Source of the DNA: the human T2T-CHM13v2.0 reference genome, Homo sapiens
Direction: 5' to 3' (one strand)
Length of the DNA stretch: 64,000 bases
NCBI RefSeq assembly: GCF_009914755.1
Contig: NC_060930.1
The notes below the pieces were generated by a model that was not told the DNA's origin, did no database searches, and saw only the letters and a program-made list of their open reading frames with translations. The position numbers and the translations under genes were made by a program. Positions 18,046 through 35,108 of the stretch are shown piece by piece (within the stretch, counting starts at the first letter, position 1; each line of letters begins with the position of its first letter).

Positions 18046-18049
<4 letters not shown>
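17961..18049 (+). CDS. TSTD3: TSTD3 exon 3 up to premature TAG (LDEVGEALQMNPRDFKEKYNEVKPSKSDS*); spliced ORF is 111 aa; exon continues to 18119
   Basis: ttctttcag acceptor; in-frame TAG at 18047-18049; donor CAG|gtgtgt at 18120. Confidence 0.85.
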
Positions 18050-18679
<630 letters not shown>

Positions 18680-19204
18680 ATTTTTGGAATACAAGTTGGC
18701 TCTTCCCTTGTGTACATGCAGCCTAGGATAGTGGAATGAGCAAAATATTAAAAATCTAGTCCTGGCACCACTGGTTATGGTAAGGGGATTTTTGTATAAG
18801 TCAATTAGTTGTTGAATCATTTTCTCATCTGTAAATTGAAAATGGCACTCTCCCCTGAGATAATGCATGTTACTTGCCATGGAAATATAAGGGTCAGGAT
18901 TCTATGAATTAATTTTTAAGTAGCTTAGTATCATTCAATAGTATTCTAAAATACCAGGTTACTTATACTACCTATTCATGTATGACATTTGTGTTAGTAT
19001 ACCTTCTATTCATCAAAGGGGCTATGAGCTAGACCTGCAGATTAACACGCAGATGTGGCCTTAAAAAAAAATCAGTTAATCTGGGATCCAGAGAAGTAGG
19101 TGAAATTTGAACAATGAAAATACATTAACAGCTTCTAAAGATTTATAGCAGTATTATGACCAGCATGGTAGTGATGAAATTTGCAATTTAAAAAATTAAA
19201 ATTG

Positions 19205-19575
<371 letters not shown>

Positions 19576-19611
19576 CTAGAGGGAAGAAGATTAACTGGAA
19601 AAGGCAAGGAG

Positions 19612-19912
19612 GGTGGCTCAGGCCTATAATCCCAGAACTTTGGGATGCCTAGGCAGGCAGATCGCTTGAGCTCAGGAGTTCAAGACCAACCCGGGCAACA
19701 TGGTGAAACCCAGTCTCTACAAAAAAAATACAAAAAATTAGCCAGGCATGGTGGCACGTGCCTGTGGTCCCAGCCACTTGGGGGGCTAAAGCAGGAGGAT
19801 CCCTTAAACACTGGAAGATCACACCACTGCACTCCAGCCTGGGTGACAGAGTGAGACCCTGTCTCAGAACAACAACAACAACAAAATTGAAAAACAAAAA
19901 AACAAACAAAAA
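19612..19912 (+). mobile_element. Alu (AluJ-like) inserted in an old L1 fragment
   Basis: TSD aaaaggcaaggag. Confidence 0.85.
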
Positions 19913-20162
19913 AGGCAAGGAGAGAACTTTCTAGGGTGATGGAAATGTTCTGTATCTTGACTGAGGTATTGGTACATAGGTATATACATTTGTCAAAACA
20001 CATTAAACACTTAAATGTACATTTTTGGTAAGTGATTATACCTCAGTTTAAAAATAATGAAAACAGAAATGCCTAAATGTAAATGACTCCCACTAGCATG
20101 GGTATATTCCTTTGGAATGTTAAGTCCTACACTTAATTAGTGTGCTAATGCACTGGTGGCAA

Positions 20163-20168
20163 AATAAA
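20163..20168 (+). terminator. Candidate TSTD3 polyadenylation signal
   Basis: AATAAA followed by U/GU-rich tgttttctcttgtctgtg. Confidence 0.4.
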
Positions 20169-20267
20169 CCTGTTTTCTCTTGTCTGTGCCTCTTTAGACC
20201 CATGTAGTGTATTTTTAGACTCACTCATGCAGTCATTCTTGTAGTACCTATAAGGACAATGTCAGAA

Positions 20268-20482
20268 ATATATATATTTCTGTCAGTGTGTGTGTGTATA
20301 TATACACATATATGTGTGTGTATATATACACATGTATACATATGTATACATATACATATACATATATACACACACACATATATGAAGGCAAGGAGAGAAC
20401 TTTCTAGGGTGATGGAAATGTTCTGTATCTTGACTGAGGTCAAGATATATATATATACACACACACACACATACACATATAT
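20268..20482. repeat. Compound (TA/TG/CA)n microsatellite containing a 56-bp insert
   Basis: Read directly. Confidence 0.85.
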
Positions 20483-20775
20483 AAGAGCCATAATCTCAGG
20501 GAGAAGGAAAGTTGTAGACAATGAACCAACATTGAAGTACTGGGCCCATCAAGGAACAGGATTGTGGGTAAATACATCAGGCTTTTAGTCGGAATCCTGA
20601 AAAGGCTATGCCCTAGAAGTAGAGTTGAACCAGAAATTCACAACCCCCACAAGAACTCAAAACAAGCTTTGAATCAATTAAATCCCTGAATGAATTAAGG
20701 TGATCTTCCTAATATCTTAAGGGCCTACCAGAAGTAAATCCTCTCTAGAGAAAGATACCATTATCTAGCTAGAAC

Positions 20776-21068
20776 AGAGGTTGGCAATAATCAGTCTTTT
20801 AGTCTTGTGGCCAATTAGGTTTCTGTTGCAACTGCTCAACTCTGCTGTTGCAGCACAAAAGCAGCCACAGACAATATATAATGTGACTATTCCAGTAACT
20901 CTACTTATGGCCACTTAGGTTTGAATTTTATGTTTCATGTGTTGCCAAATATTATTCTTCATTTGATTATTTTTCAATCATTTAAACATACAGCAAACAT
21001 TCTTAAAGCCAGACAAAAACAGGTAGCAGGTCAGATTTGGTCCATGGGGCATAATTTGTAGATCCCTG
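20776..21068. mobile_element. MER58B-like hAT relic
   Basis: cagaggttggcaa...gcaactgctcaactctgc...agcagccacagacaata...gatccctg. Confidence 0.7.
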
Positions 21069-21486
21069 AGCTACAGCCACAAATTTTCCTTACAATTTTT
21101 CACATACAATTTCACCTTACAATTTTCACATACAATTTCAGGTATTCTATCAAAAATTAATAGGCACGGCAGTCAATAGGACCTTATGATTGAGAAATAA
21201 TGGAAAAACAAGACAAGAGAAACAAATCCACAGAAGATCTACAGATTGGAGTTTTCAGACACAGACTTTAAAATAACTGTGATTAATATATTCAGTAACT
21301 TAGATAACAAAATTACAGTAACTGAAATTAAACACCCAATAGAAGGTAGATAGGTTTAATGGCCAATTAGACACACCTGATGACAGGATTAGTGAAAATG
21401 GAAAAATCAGAGGTACATGTATTAACATGGATGACTCTTACAATGTTGAGGGAAAAAAGCAAATTACAGAAACATATACTGTATAG

Positions 21487-21792
<306 letters not shown>

Positions 21793-22217
21793 AGTATAGT
21801 TTTTAAACATACAAAATATATTATTATTTAGGCATATGGACATATATAGTGTAAGTATAAATAAATTATAAAAATATCTACTTCTGAATGGTTTCTAATG
21901 GGGGAAGGGAGACGAACACAATAGGCTTTAACAGTATTGTTGACAATTTTATTTAATATGTTTGGTAGGTAAGCACTTATTTTTACCTTTTGTATGCATG
22001 GGACAGGGACTGTTGTCCCCACTTGGCTACACTTGAACAAGACTATATACCTTTGGATTCCTGGTACCCTTTTTTTTTTTTTTTTAAGAAAAAAACTTGA
22101 TAATGTATTCTATTTACCCAAATAAACAAAGGGTTAATAAATTAGAATAATGTATCTTCTATATTAGATCGAACTTAGAAAGACAATTTTAGTTGTCATT
22201 CTGATACAAAGATTTAA

Positions 22218-22972
<755 letters not shown>

Positions 22973-23546
22973 TTATGCCAACAAAACTCTTATGAGTAAA
23001 ACCATTATTAAGGTCTGTAGTATCAGAGACCTCAAAATGTGAATATACAGCATATGATTTACTACATCATTTAATAAATGTCTGTTTATTTCAGTAATGG
23101 GAGAATATCACTTTTACTTTGATAATATAAGGGTAGATCAAAAGTTTCAGATATGTATGAGAAAAGCCAGATTATATTTTTAAATGCTATATGTACTCTA
23201 CATCTCTTTCGTAATGGAATAGGAGAAAGATGTCCTGAAAAAACTGGCAACAGTGGATAGCCTCAGAGTTCTAAATTAATCAAAATATCTCAGGTTTCTT
23301 TCATTCACATAATCTTTCTTCTGTGCTTATGATCTCAGTGGGGTTTCTTGGATTCTGAGATAATGTGCCCCTTTGCTATCTAGAATGTGTATGCCATAGA
23401 AATACTGGATAGAGGTAGGATCAGCAGCTAATCTATGAGAAATTTTGTATGATTAGACACAAAAAATTGAATGCTTATCCTACCGTCCAGTAAAAAATAT
23501 TTTTCGGTGTCCCCAAAAATAGCAATTTATTAATGGAAAAATATAA

Positions 23547-24235
<689 letters not shown>

Positions 24236-24887
24236 AATAAGGTATTATAATGGCAGAATGTGGTTGAAGTGAATCCAAATAAGGATAATAATAGTTCCTA
24301 CTTCACAGTAAAGTTTTGAAGATTAAATCAGATAACATGTCAAATATTTAATACTTTGCTGCTATTCTTACTGTGTGAATATGTACAATATGATACCTGT
24401 TTGTAGGCAGCTGATATTTTGTGTTACTGTTTGCATTAATTTAACATTAATGGGTAAAGATGGCAGGTGAAAACTCCTAAACATCTGGGGGCCGAAATGG
24501 CAGTGGACTCCTTACTGAAAACAAGGAGATAAAGTGAAACTCTGCATACTGAACAATGAGCTAGCTTCTTGCCTTATTTCGTCTCTGAGAACTGACAGCT
24601 CAGTTCCTACTACCTGAGATAGATTTCTCTCCAGAAAAACTGACCCATCCTGAAGAAAAACCTTTAAAAAACAATGCTGGGGGTGTGAGGCTGAGGAAAA
24701 TGTTTTGCTGTTCCCTTACCTATAATGAAGCTCACCACTGAAAAGTCCTACCCATGTACACAGAGATGTTCCAGATAGCTTTCTCTGTGTCTCTCAAATA
24801 TGAAGGATCCTGAGATAATTACGGCCAAGCTTCTAACTTGAAAGACTATGACCAAACCAAACAGCAAAAAGGAACTTAAAGGAAATA

Positions 24888-25210
24888 CAGGTTTAATAGC
24901 CCTTATCTGAAACAGCTGGGACCAGAAGTGTCTCAAATTTTGAAATATCTGCCTATATATAATGAGATAGCTTGGGGATGGGACCCAAGTCTAAACAAAA
25001 TTCATTTATATTTCATGTACACTTAATACAAATAGCCTGGAGTTAATTTTATACAGTATTTTGAAATAATTGTGTGCATGAAACAAAGTTTTGACCCATC
25101 TCATAAAATCAGATAGGGAATTTTCTACTTGTGGCATCATGTTGGCACTCAAGTTTCGGATTTTGGAGCATTTTGGATTTTAGATTTTCAGATTATGGAT
25201 GCTCAACCTG
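24888..25210. mobile_element. Tigger4b/MER46-like DNA transposon
   Basis: TA-cagg...ccttatctgaaa...ttttcagattatggatgctcaacctg-TA terminal inverted repeats. Confidence 0.8.
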
Positions 25211-25332
25211 TAGTGTTAATGCAGGGAACAAAGAAAATTTTAAAACAACCAAAAAACCTAAGTTAATATCCTTAGAATTTTGAGAAGCCATTGCACTCTC
25301 CAGAACAAGGTACTACTTAAAAGACTTGGATT

Positions 25333-25620
25333 ACCAGCTAAGTACAGTGGCTTATGCCTGTAATCCCAGGGCTTTGGGAGGTCGAGGTAGGAGGATCACT
25401 TGAGGCCAGGAGTTTGAGACCAGCCTGGAAAACACAGTGAGACCTCTATTTCCACAAAAAATTTAAAAATTAGCTGTGCACCCATAGTCCTAGCTATTCA
25501 GGACACTGAAGTGGAGGATTGCTTGAACTCAGGAGTTCAAGGTTACAGTGTGCTGTGATCGTGCCACTGCACTACAACCTGGGTGAGAGAGGGAGACCTT
25601 ATCTATCGTGAAAGAAAAAG
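25333..25620 (+). mobile_element. Alu (AluJ-like)
   Basis: TSD aaaagacttggatt. Confidence 0.85.
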
Positions 25621-26179
25621 ACTTGGATTCCCCATATCTCTTAAATGCAAGAGAAAACAAAGGGAAGTCCCAATATGATCAATTCTGTTATGACAACTGT
25701 GTTATTTGGACAGTAGTCAGTCCTGACTGAGGGCCGTAGAACTCGAAGAAGTCTCCCTGTGATTTGGAGAATAAAAAATGACAAACGATTCTGATGATCA
25801 ATTAATAGAAGATACAAATGAAGTTGAACAAATTACAACCAAGGCAATTACTACTTCCAGAGATACAAAAATATTATAAAAGAAAGAAAATGTAATCATG
25901 GTATGCTATAGAAGACAATATTATCTATGTACATTTATATATTCGATATGAATTTAAAAAAATTATACAATTAAGTGATGATAGGAGTAGAAGTCCCAGT
26001 GTAAGATCAGGTTGGGGAAGGAGAATAGGGGGAGAAGTATGAAAAGCAAAATCCTCATCTTCCATAGCAGAGAGTTAGATAATATTTATAATTAAAAAGA
26101 AAAAAATGAGGGGATTGTAAGCAGAGGAGGCAATATGCTAATATATTTGGAGATTAGATGCCCAGGTTTTAAAAAATGC

Positions 26180-26312
26180 TTTATTTATTTTTTAATAAAC
26201 AGATACAGAGTCTCGCTTTGTTGCCCAGGCTGGTCTCGAATGCCTGGCCTCAATCCTCTTGCCTCAGCCTCCCAAAGTGCTGGGATTATAGGCGTGAGCC
26301 ACCACGTCTGAT
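26180..26312 (-). mobile_element. Alu monomer (FLAM-like)
   Basis: Left arm only; atgcccag on both flanks. Confidence 0.75.
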
Positions 26313-26647
26313 CAAATGCCCAGATACTAAGAATTAGAATCTAATCCAAGCTCTGTCACTTAGTTAATCTGTGACTGGGTAAATTACTTAATATTTCTGC
26401 TCCAGAGTTTCATCATTTTTAAAATGATCATTCTAAGAATTTACTTCATAAATGCAGAGAGCTTAGAACATAATTGGCACATTTTTAATAAGTGTTCAAA
26501 TAAATGTTATAATTAAAACCTTGTCACTTGGAAATGAAGTAAACAGCAGAGAAGTGACTAAAAGTTGAAAGTGGCTGCCTCTGGAGAATGGGAATGAGAG
26601 GTAGGGAGAACAGGACAGGGGTCTAACATTTTCTCTATAATGTCTTA

Positions 26648-27262
<615 letters not shown>

Positions 27263-27629
27263 ATGGTAATATTGGATTTTTAAAAACAATACATATCATC
27301 AATGGCTGCTATTAAATCATAGAGAAACCCAGCCACTTTATGTCTCCTGATTAAAGACCACTACTTAATTTGTACAGTGGTCTACTAAAAAAAAAAAAAA
27401 AGACAGAAAAAAAGGAAGCAAGCAAACAAGCAAGCCTGAATCTGATCAAGCCTGTAGATTCAATTACCAATTTACAGAAAATATAGAGGAGAAAATAACA
27501 CATTAAATGGCATGTCAAGGATGCAATCAGCAAAATCCAGATGGTGAGAGACTCTTAGTAGACAAGCAAACCAAAAACAGGAATTTTAAAAATGTGACTG
27601 GGAAGGAATTCATGAATTTAAAAAGACAT

Positions 27630-27940
27630 GGCTGGGTGCAGTGGCGCACGCCCGTAATCTCAGCACTTTGGGAGCCTGAAGTGGACAGATCACTTAGGTC
27701 AGGAGTTCCTGACCAGCCTGGCTAACATGGCGAAGCCCTGTCTCTAATAAAAATACAAAAAATTAGCCAGGCGTGGTGGCATGCACCTGTAGACACAGCT
27801 ACTCTGGAGGCTGAGGCTGGAGAATCACTCGAACCCAGGAGGCAGAGGTTGCAGTGAACAAGATTGCGCCACTGCACTCCTGCCTGGGCAACAGAGTGAG
27901 ACTCCATCTAAAAAAAAAAAAAGAAAATAAAATAATAACA
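27630..27940 (+). mobile_element. Alu (AluS-like)
   Basis: Full dimer. Confidence 0.9.
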
Positions 27941-28693
27941 AGACAAAAGATTTGTCAATAAATTGTAATATGTGATCCTTATTTAGATCCTGACTAGAAC
28001 TCTAACAATTTTTATACTTGTGAAATAACTGAAAATCTGATATTATTTTTACTAATTCTTTTTGAGGCACAATAATACTTTTAGTTTTTTTAAAGAGCTA
28101 TTATTTCTTAGGAATATATGCTGAAATATTTATGGATAAAATTATATGATATCTAGGATTTGCTTCAAAATAAGATGGGGGATGGCAACTTACGGAAAGT
28201 GGGTGGGAGTTTAGATGAAATGAAATTGGCCATAAATTGATAACTACTGAAGCTAGATGATAGGTACATGGAGGTTCCTTACTTTACTCCTGTATATGTT
28301 GTTTTAAATCTTCCACAATAAGAGACTGAAAACAAAACTATGAGGCATGGTATTAATTTTAAAAATAAACACTTAAAGACTATAGGTCTTACCTAAGCCC
28401 AACATTAATTCCTTCAGACCTGAGGAGAGCTTTTTTTCTTATTAAGCCCAGGAAACCTATATATGTCATCAGTCTGACTTTACACAGTCTCGCTTTCCAG
28501 CTCATTTGATACGCTCCATCAGAAATAAATTTTCTATTTAAAATCTGTTTGTAATGATTTGAAATTACCCCCTTGACAACCTATAAAAGGCTTTAACACT
28601 TAACTAAAGGAAGAAGAATTCTCAAAAAACAACATCAGGCAAATTCAAAAAGATAAATTCAAGACACTAGTCGATACAGCTGGAGAAGTTACT

Positions 28694-28699
28694 TTTATT
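28694..28699 (-). terminator. CCNC: CCNC distal polyadenylation signal AATAAA
   Basis: tttatt on +, about 1.15 kb past the stop, followed on minus by GU/U-rich sequence. Confidence 0.65.
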
Positions 28700-29842
28700 C
28701 TTGCAGTTTTATACTAGGAAGTCAACATTTAATAAGCCATCATCCACAATTGATTAAAAATGTTTAATCCTTAAATTGTGCATCAATATCCTATGACTCC
28801 AAATTTTATTTATCACTCTCCTTCAAGTCTGAAGAAAATGATTAATTTGCTAAGTTCCACAGACAGTACAGTCCCACTGACATAACATTTAGTATGATGT
28901 CCTACTCTCATATTAGAATTAAGGACAGCCAGTATCAAACTGGCCTGAAACCTGATTGTGTTCCTGGTTCAGAATACCTGTAGTAAATCTGTAAATCCAC
29001 ACCAAGACACAACATTAAACTAGGGTGTGTATATCTTATAAAAACCTTTTCACAGTAAAAATCAACATTAAAATTTTACCAAATTCCAACATTATGGTTT
29101 TTGAATCCAATTAAGCTTTCAAAATGCCTGATTAGCTGTGAATTAATTATAAATAACTTCATGTAGTTTGCCCAGCATTTCAAAATGGTTATGGACTATC
29201 ATGTTTAAAATGTCAAAGTATGCTATACATATTGCACTTTTCTGCTAGGCTGGGCTAGTATCTTCCATGGCAAGATCCTCAAACTACTGAATAAAATACA
29301 CTTTTAAATCAATATAGGTACTTGATTAATTTCCCTGAAATTATCAACATCATTACCAAAATCTTCCAGGATTTTGTAAGATTTGATTCCTTAAATACAG
29401 TTTTAAAGTTAAACTTATGGAGGGAAAAAAACCCTCATAGATTGACTGTAAATTTTACGTCCTTTTTTGGTCCCTCAATGACCAAAGAGAATTTTAAACA
29501 AATTATGCTTCATGTTTCCTGGCTTAATAAAAAGCTACAATTTTTATTATCCAAATTAAGAAATATTATACTAATCAAAAGCTATTAATTTTGAAATGTC
29601 TATGTATGTCTGTCTGTAGGTCCCCTTAGAACCTTTCCAAACATTTATAATCAAGAGATTTTAATCAATTATGTACTAGAATCATATTAAAGAAAAACTT
29701 ATTTTGCAAAAATAAAATCACTTTCCAATATGCTTGACAGAAACAAGCTATTCATTTTCATTTGTGTTCCACTGAAGACATTACTGAAATCTGTCCAATG
29801 GTTTATTTCCAAGTGGTCCACTATGGAATTCTTCGGAATGTT

Positions 29843-29897
29843 TTAAGATTGGCTGTAGCTAGAGTTCTGACTTCCATTTGGACCCTGCTCTCCTTCA
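29843..29897 (-). CDS. CCNC: Cyclin C exon 12 (SEGEQGPNGSQNSSYSQS*)
   Basis: AG acceptor, TAA at 29845-29843; total CDS 852 nt. Confidence 0.97.
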
Positions 29898-30506
29898 CTG
29901 TTCAAATGGGGAAGAAAGAGATTTTATACCAATTAAAAGATCCATTTTTACACCCTGATAAGCCTACTGACTTTTAAATTCATTATTCTGTGGCACAACT
30001 ATACAAAACAAAGACATTCCTCATTATAAGACACGTGAAAAATTAAAATCCAGAAGACTAACAAACATTGGTTTTATGTTTTTATTCTTATATAACTTTG
30101 TGCCCTCACATATAACAAGCATTCTGGAAGTTAGTGTCCATATATACTCAAAAACTTTAAATTAGGGTATGGGATTTCATTGTTATTACAGGTATCACTC
30201 AACATAGAGATTACAGCTTCTTCTAAACAAATTTCCTATAAAATTAAATCTTACATATAAAATCCTATTCCTACTATTTATGAAAAACAAGAAGTGTTCT
30301 TCAAAAAAAAAAAACCAAAACTGTTGTCCAAAGGCATAATAAAATCATATATAAATACAGCAAACCTTTATAAGTCAGCAAGAAATATGGTAATTTCCTG
30401 GAAAATGCTGAATACTTAAAATAAAAATGCTGAATACTTAAAAATAACTAAAACTGAAAATACCAGTAACTTTGGCAATAGGATTATTGCCTTATCTTGT
30501 CCACCA

Positions 30507-30558
30507 TCATCTTGCAGCTTCAGGCCCTGCCACTAGTGGAGAATCACTCAGGGAATTT
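30507..30558 (-). CDS. CCNC: Cyclin C alternative C-terminal exon (RNSLSDSPLVAGPEAAR*), 282-aa isoform
   Basis: ttttttgcag acceptor; in phase with exon 11; open 17 aa to TGA. Confidence 0.65.
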
Positions 30559-31396
30559 CTGCAAAAAATGCATCCAAAGGTAGCTGTTTGAATGACTGCC
30601 TTAAACAGCTCCTTGAATAAAGTATTAACTTTTTCCAAATTGTAACATTAACTTATGAGTAGCAATCCATAAATCTATCTTGTTATATAACAATCATTTT
30701 TCTAAAGAAACAATTAAGATGGATGGCATTTCTTTATTTCCCTTCTGACTTTTTCTCCCTGCCCCAAATGAACTGATACACAGTGAGGGCTGAGAACCAC
30801 TGAACTAAATGAACACATCTTACTTAAAACACACACATACACCCCAATAACAACAAAAAAAACCCTCTTAGCACAGGTGATTCATTTTTAGCAAAAATAT
30901 ATTCTTATGTGCCATGGACCTTAGGGTCACTTAAAAACCAAAATTCTTTATCTTTACAATATCAGATCATTCATTGAAATTTTTGAAAATTGCTACTGAA
31001 ATTTATAAAACAGGACAATAGCCAGCAGTGAAAAAAAAAAAAAAAAAAGATGGCACAGAATCAAACTGACATGAAACTACTATAGTTCTGAATTCTGCCC
31101 TGAATTTCAGATGAACTTACCTAATTCTGTCAGCTTTAAATTTATGGTATATGACCATATGTTGAGAGATACCTGTAATATACCTCCACTGCATTAGGAA
31201 AAGTTACTAATCAGATTAGTGATTTTTTTAAATGAGACATTCTCAATCAAATCACAAATTTAAAAAATAAAATTAACATGGATCATGAAGTTTTGGAAGA
31301 AATGTTTTAAAAACTACAAAACAACATAATCTAAGAAAAATATAGTAAGTATGATATATGATTAAATGACATCAATAATTAAAGTCTACAAAGTAC

Positions 31397-31515
31397 CTGT
31401 TTGGAGGTGGTTTTGGTTTTGGCATCTTACTAAGAATGGTTGCCATCTCTTTTCTCTCATCGAAATTCTTCCACTGCTCATATAGTTTTAAAATAACCCT
31501 GATTATTTCCAAAAT
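31397..31515 (-). CDS. CCNC: Cyclin C exon 11 (ILEIIRVILKLYEQW...PKPKPPPN)
   Basis: 119 nt, AG/GT, matches cyclin C. Confidence 0.97.
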
Positions 31516-32230
31516 CTAGAAGAAAATATTTGAAAAGTTCTCAGTGGCAAAAACAAGCAACATTTTTTATATAAAGAGCATACATCACTACACAACCCTC
31601 AGAAAACAGTAAATAGTCTCTGTCCTTAAATCCTGATAAATTTGAAAGCAGTATTTTTCACCACAGTGCTGTTTAGGATTTTCCTTCTAGCATCTCATTT
31701 TTCAGCATGTGTGCATTGTCCATTCTTATCTATCTCTGCAGCTGATTTCCTTCCATCTGATGGTATCTTTTAAACTGAAACATACTAAGAATAAAGGTTC
31801 TAATCATGAGGGAATATACCACTATAGAGCACACTCCTCTAGTATAAATTATTTTAAACAACTTAATCGGGGGTAGTGCACAAAAGATGTTTTGATTCTC
31901 TGTTACTACACATACATTAAGGTGCTCAAAAACTGGCAGCTACAAATTTGAAACAACTAGTTAACAAATTAGCTATTTTTTTCCCACCTGAGTAGAACCT
32001 AACCTTAGGATTAATTTTAATGCATTTAACACTTGAGCAGAAAAGCTAGAAACACAGCAAAAGCCATTCTGCCAGGAGATAGGCTATGTTACAGAAGTTC
32101 ACAGTAGTATTCAGTGGTTACCAGGGAGCTTTTAAAATAATCCTGGGAATTAGAGGCTACTTTGCAACCAATTAAACCAAAAGTTTACCATTCTGTTTAA
32201 TCCTAAACTGAAAAGAGATACATAACTTAA

Positions 32231-32550
<320 letters not shown>

Positions 32551-32679
32551 CATGTTTCTTAATATTTTGTAACCAATAATCTTCTTAGCCTGGTGGACAT
32601 CACAAGATTTTAGGCTCATGATAAGTAAATATGACATTAATTTTTAAACATCCAAGTTTACATACAACTAAGGGAATAC

Positions 32680-32759
32680 CTTTTCCATATCCACAGAAAG
32701 CTCAGCAAACCATTGCCTGGCATCTTTCTGCTGTACAACACAGGCTACATGTAGGCAAG
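32680..32759 (-). CDS. CCNC: Cyclin C exon 10 (ACLHVACVVQQKDARQWFAELSVDMEK)
   Basis: 80 nt, AG/GT. Confidence 0.97.
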
Positions 32760-33844
32760 CTGAAATGAAAATGAGAGACAACTGTCCATGTTTAACTGCA
32801 AACACAGAATATATGATCTAACAAAGATTTTTCACTATTTCCTGTGTATTTTCCAACACTCTTTAAAAAACATTAAACAGCTACATATGAGAGTTACCAC
32901 TGACCATCTCATCAATGTAATCCGAGACAGAAAAAATTACTAGATTACATCAAGTTCTTGACATCTGGTCCTCACTGCGTGCTAGTCATGGTGCAGTTGC
33001 CTTGAGAGTCAGGCACGTTAAAGAGGAAAAACATCCAATGAGGAGAGCAGAAAAGGGAAGTTATCCCTGAGTAGTGTACAAAGTAGCCGTTAAACTGCAC
33101 CCAGAAGTCAGTGTGACAAAACAAAACAAACAAAAATGTTAATTAATATACTAGGTTTTAACAATGTTGACTATGTTTCCACATTTCAGTTAAAAGCAGT
33201 GTTGCCTGGCCTTTTTTCTTCCTTTTCATTATTAGCACATGATCAAGTTATGTGAAAGCTGGGCACATCCTTACAGAATTCAGTGTTGTAATCAAATAAA
33301 GGTTAGAAAATAAATGTAATATACTGTATACAATATTAGTTATATACAATGTTATATACAATATAAACTAACAAAAGAGAGGAATCTACATCATAATTTT
33401 GCCTAAAACAATTTCTACTGAGCAGCCTGTATACCCTTAACCCACTCCAGCTTAAGTTATACTCTGTGGTCTGGTTATCCATGTCTTTGCTAAGGATGAC
33501 ATTCTAGGCAAATAGCAACTCAAATGTGAACTGACACACTGGTTGCCCTAAGTCAAGCAAAGCTATGAGTAGGGCTTAGGTCAAGAAGAGGTTAAAAAAA
33601 ACCAAATGACTGACATGATAAAAACAGGAAATTAAAATACAGTGGACAATGCTATTAACATGGGCATGCATAGAGTACACTGAAGATTGAGGAAGCATCC
33701 TAAACCCAGACTGAGGTGATGCTGAAAGGGTTGGGGAGGGTCACTGAAGAGCTGATATCTAAGCCAAGTCTTACAAAAAAAAAAAATGAGAGTGGGAGAA
33801 GAGAATAGTATGTATATCAATTGGGAGACGAATTTGGCTAGCTC

Positions 33845-34046
33845 CGGGTTTCTCAATCTTGGCACTACTGACATCTTAGGTTGAACAATTCTTTGACACT
33901 GTCTTGAATACTACAAGATGCTTGGCAGCATCCCTGGCTTCTACCCACTAGATGCTAGTAGCACCCTACCCTAGTTATGACAACTAAAACCAAACATTGC
34001 CAAATGTCCCCTCGGGGCAAAATTATCCCCAGGTGAAACCGCTAGC
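33845..34046. mobile_element. MER20 hAT relic
   Basis: tttctcaatcttggcactactgacat...ggcagcatccctggcttctacccactagatgc...cattgccaaatgtcccct. Confidence 0.8.
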
Positions 34047-34079
34047 CTAGCTCAACAGTTTGGAAGATAGACAGGCTCT

Positions 34080-34525
34080 CTGAGGATGGGAGTGCTGGAG
34101 GCTAATAAGCCAGTTAGGAGACTGCTGTGGTAACATGGATAGAAATGAGAAGATGACTATGAGATTACAGAAGGAACAATCGAGAGGAAGGCACAAAATG
34201 TACTGGTAAACAACTACATGTGGGTATTGAGGGAGATGAAAGGGCCTAACTGCTGGGTTTCCAACTAAGGTATATAACTAGTGCTATTCACCAAACTGGC
34301 AAAGACATTAAAAGGAGGAACATATTTTGGGGCAAAGTGATAAGCTCAATCCTCATCATGAGTCTGAGGTGCTGGTGGGATGCCAAGCGGAGCTATGTAA
34401 AAGGAAGATGGATATAAAGAACTGCCAAGTGGCAAGATCTTGGCTAAATAAAGAGATTTAAATGTTTCGGCATGTAAGTGATAGTAGAAGCCATGAATCT
34501 CAGTTAAAGTACCCAAGAAGAAGAC
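34080..34525. mobile_element. L2 fragment
   Basis: ccagttaggagactgctgtggtaa...gataagctca...gaagccatga, L2-like. Confidence 0.5.
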
Positions 34526-34723
34526 AGCAGGGATGGCAAAGATGTGACACATGTTCTGTTATCCCTTCCTTCCTACCTATGCAGATCCCAGTATTCCTAC
34601 CCACTGGGTAGGACACCACTCAAAATCCTTTCAAATCCAGTCCTTTCAGGGAACTGCCAGTAATACAGAAGTGTAAGTATAACCTATTTGTCAGCCCTGA
34701 TGTAAGAAGGCCAAGAAACATCA

Positions 34724-35108
<385 letters not shown>

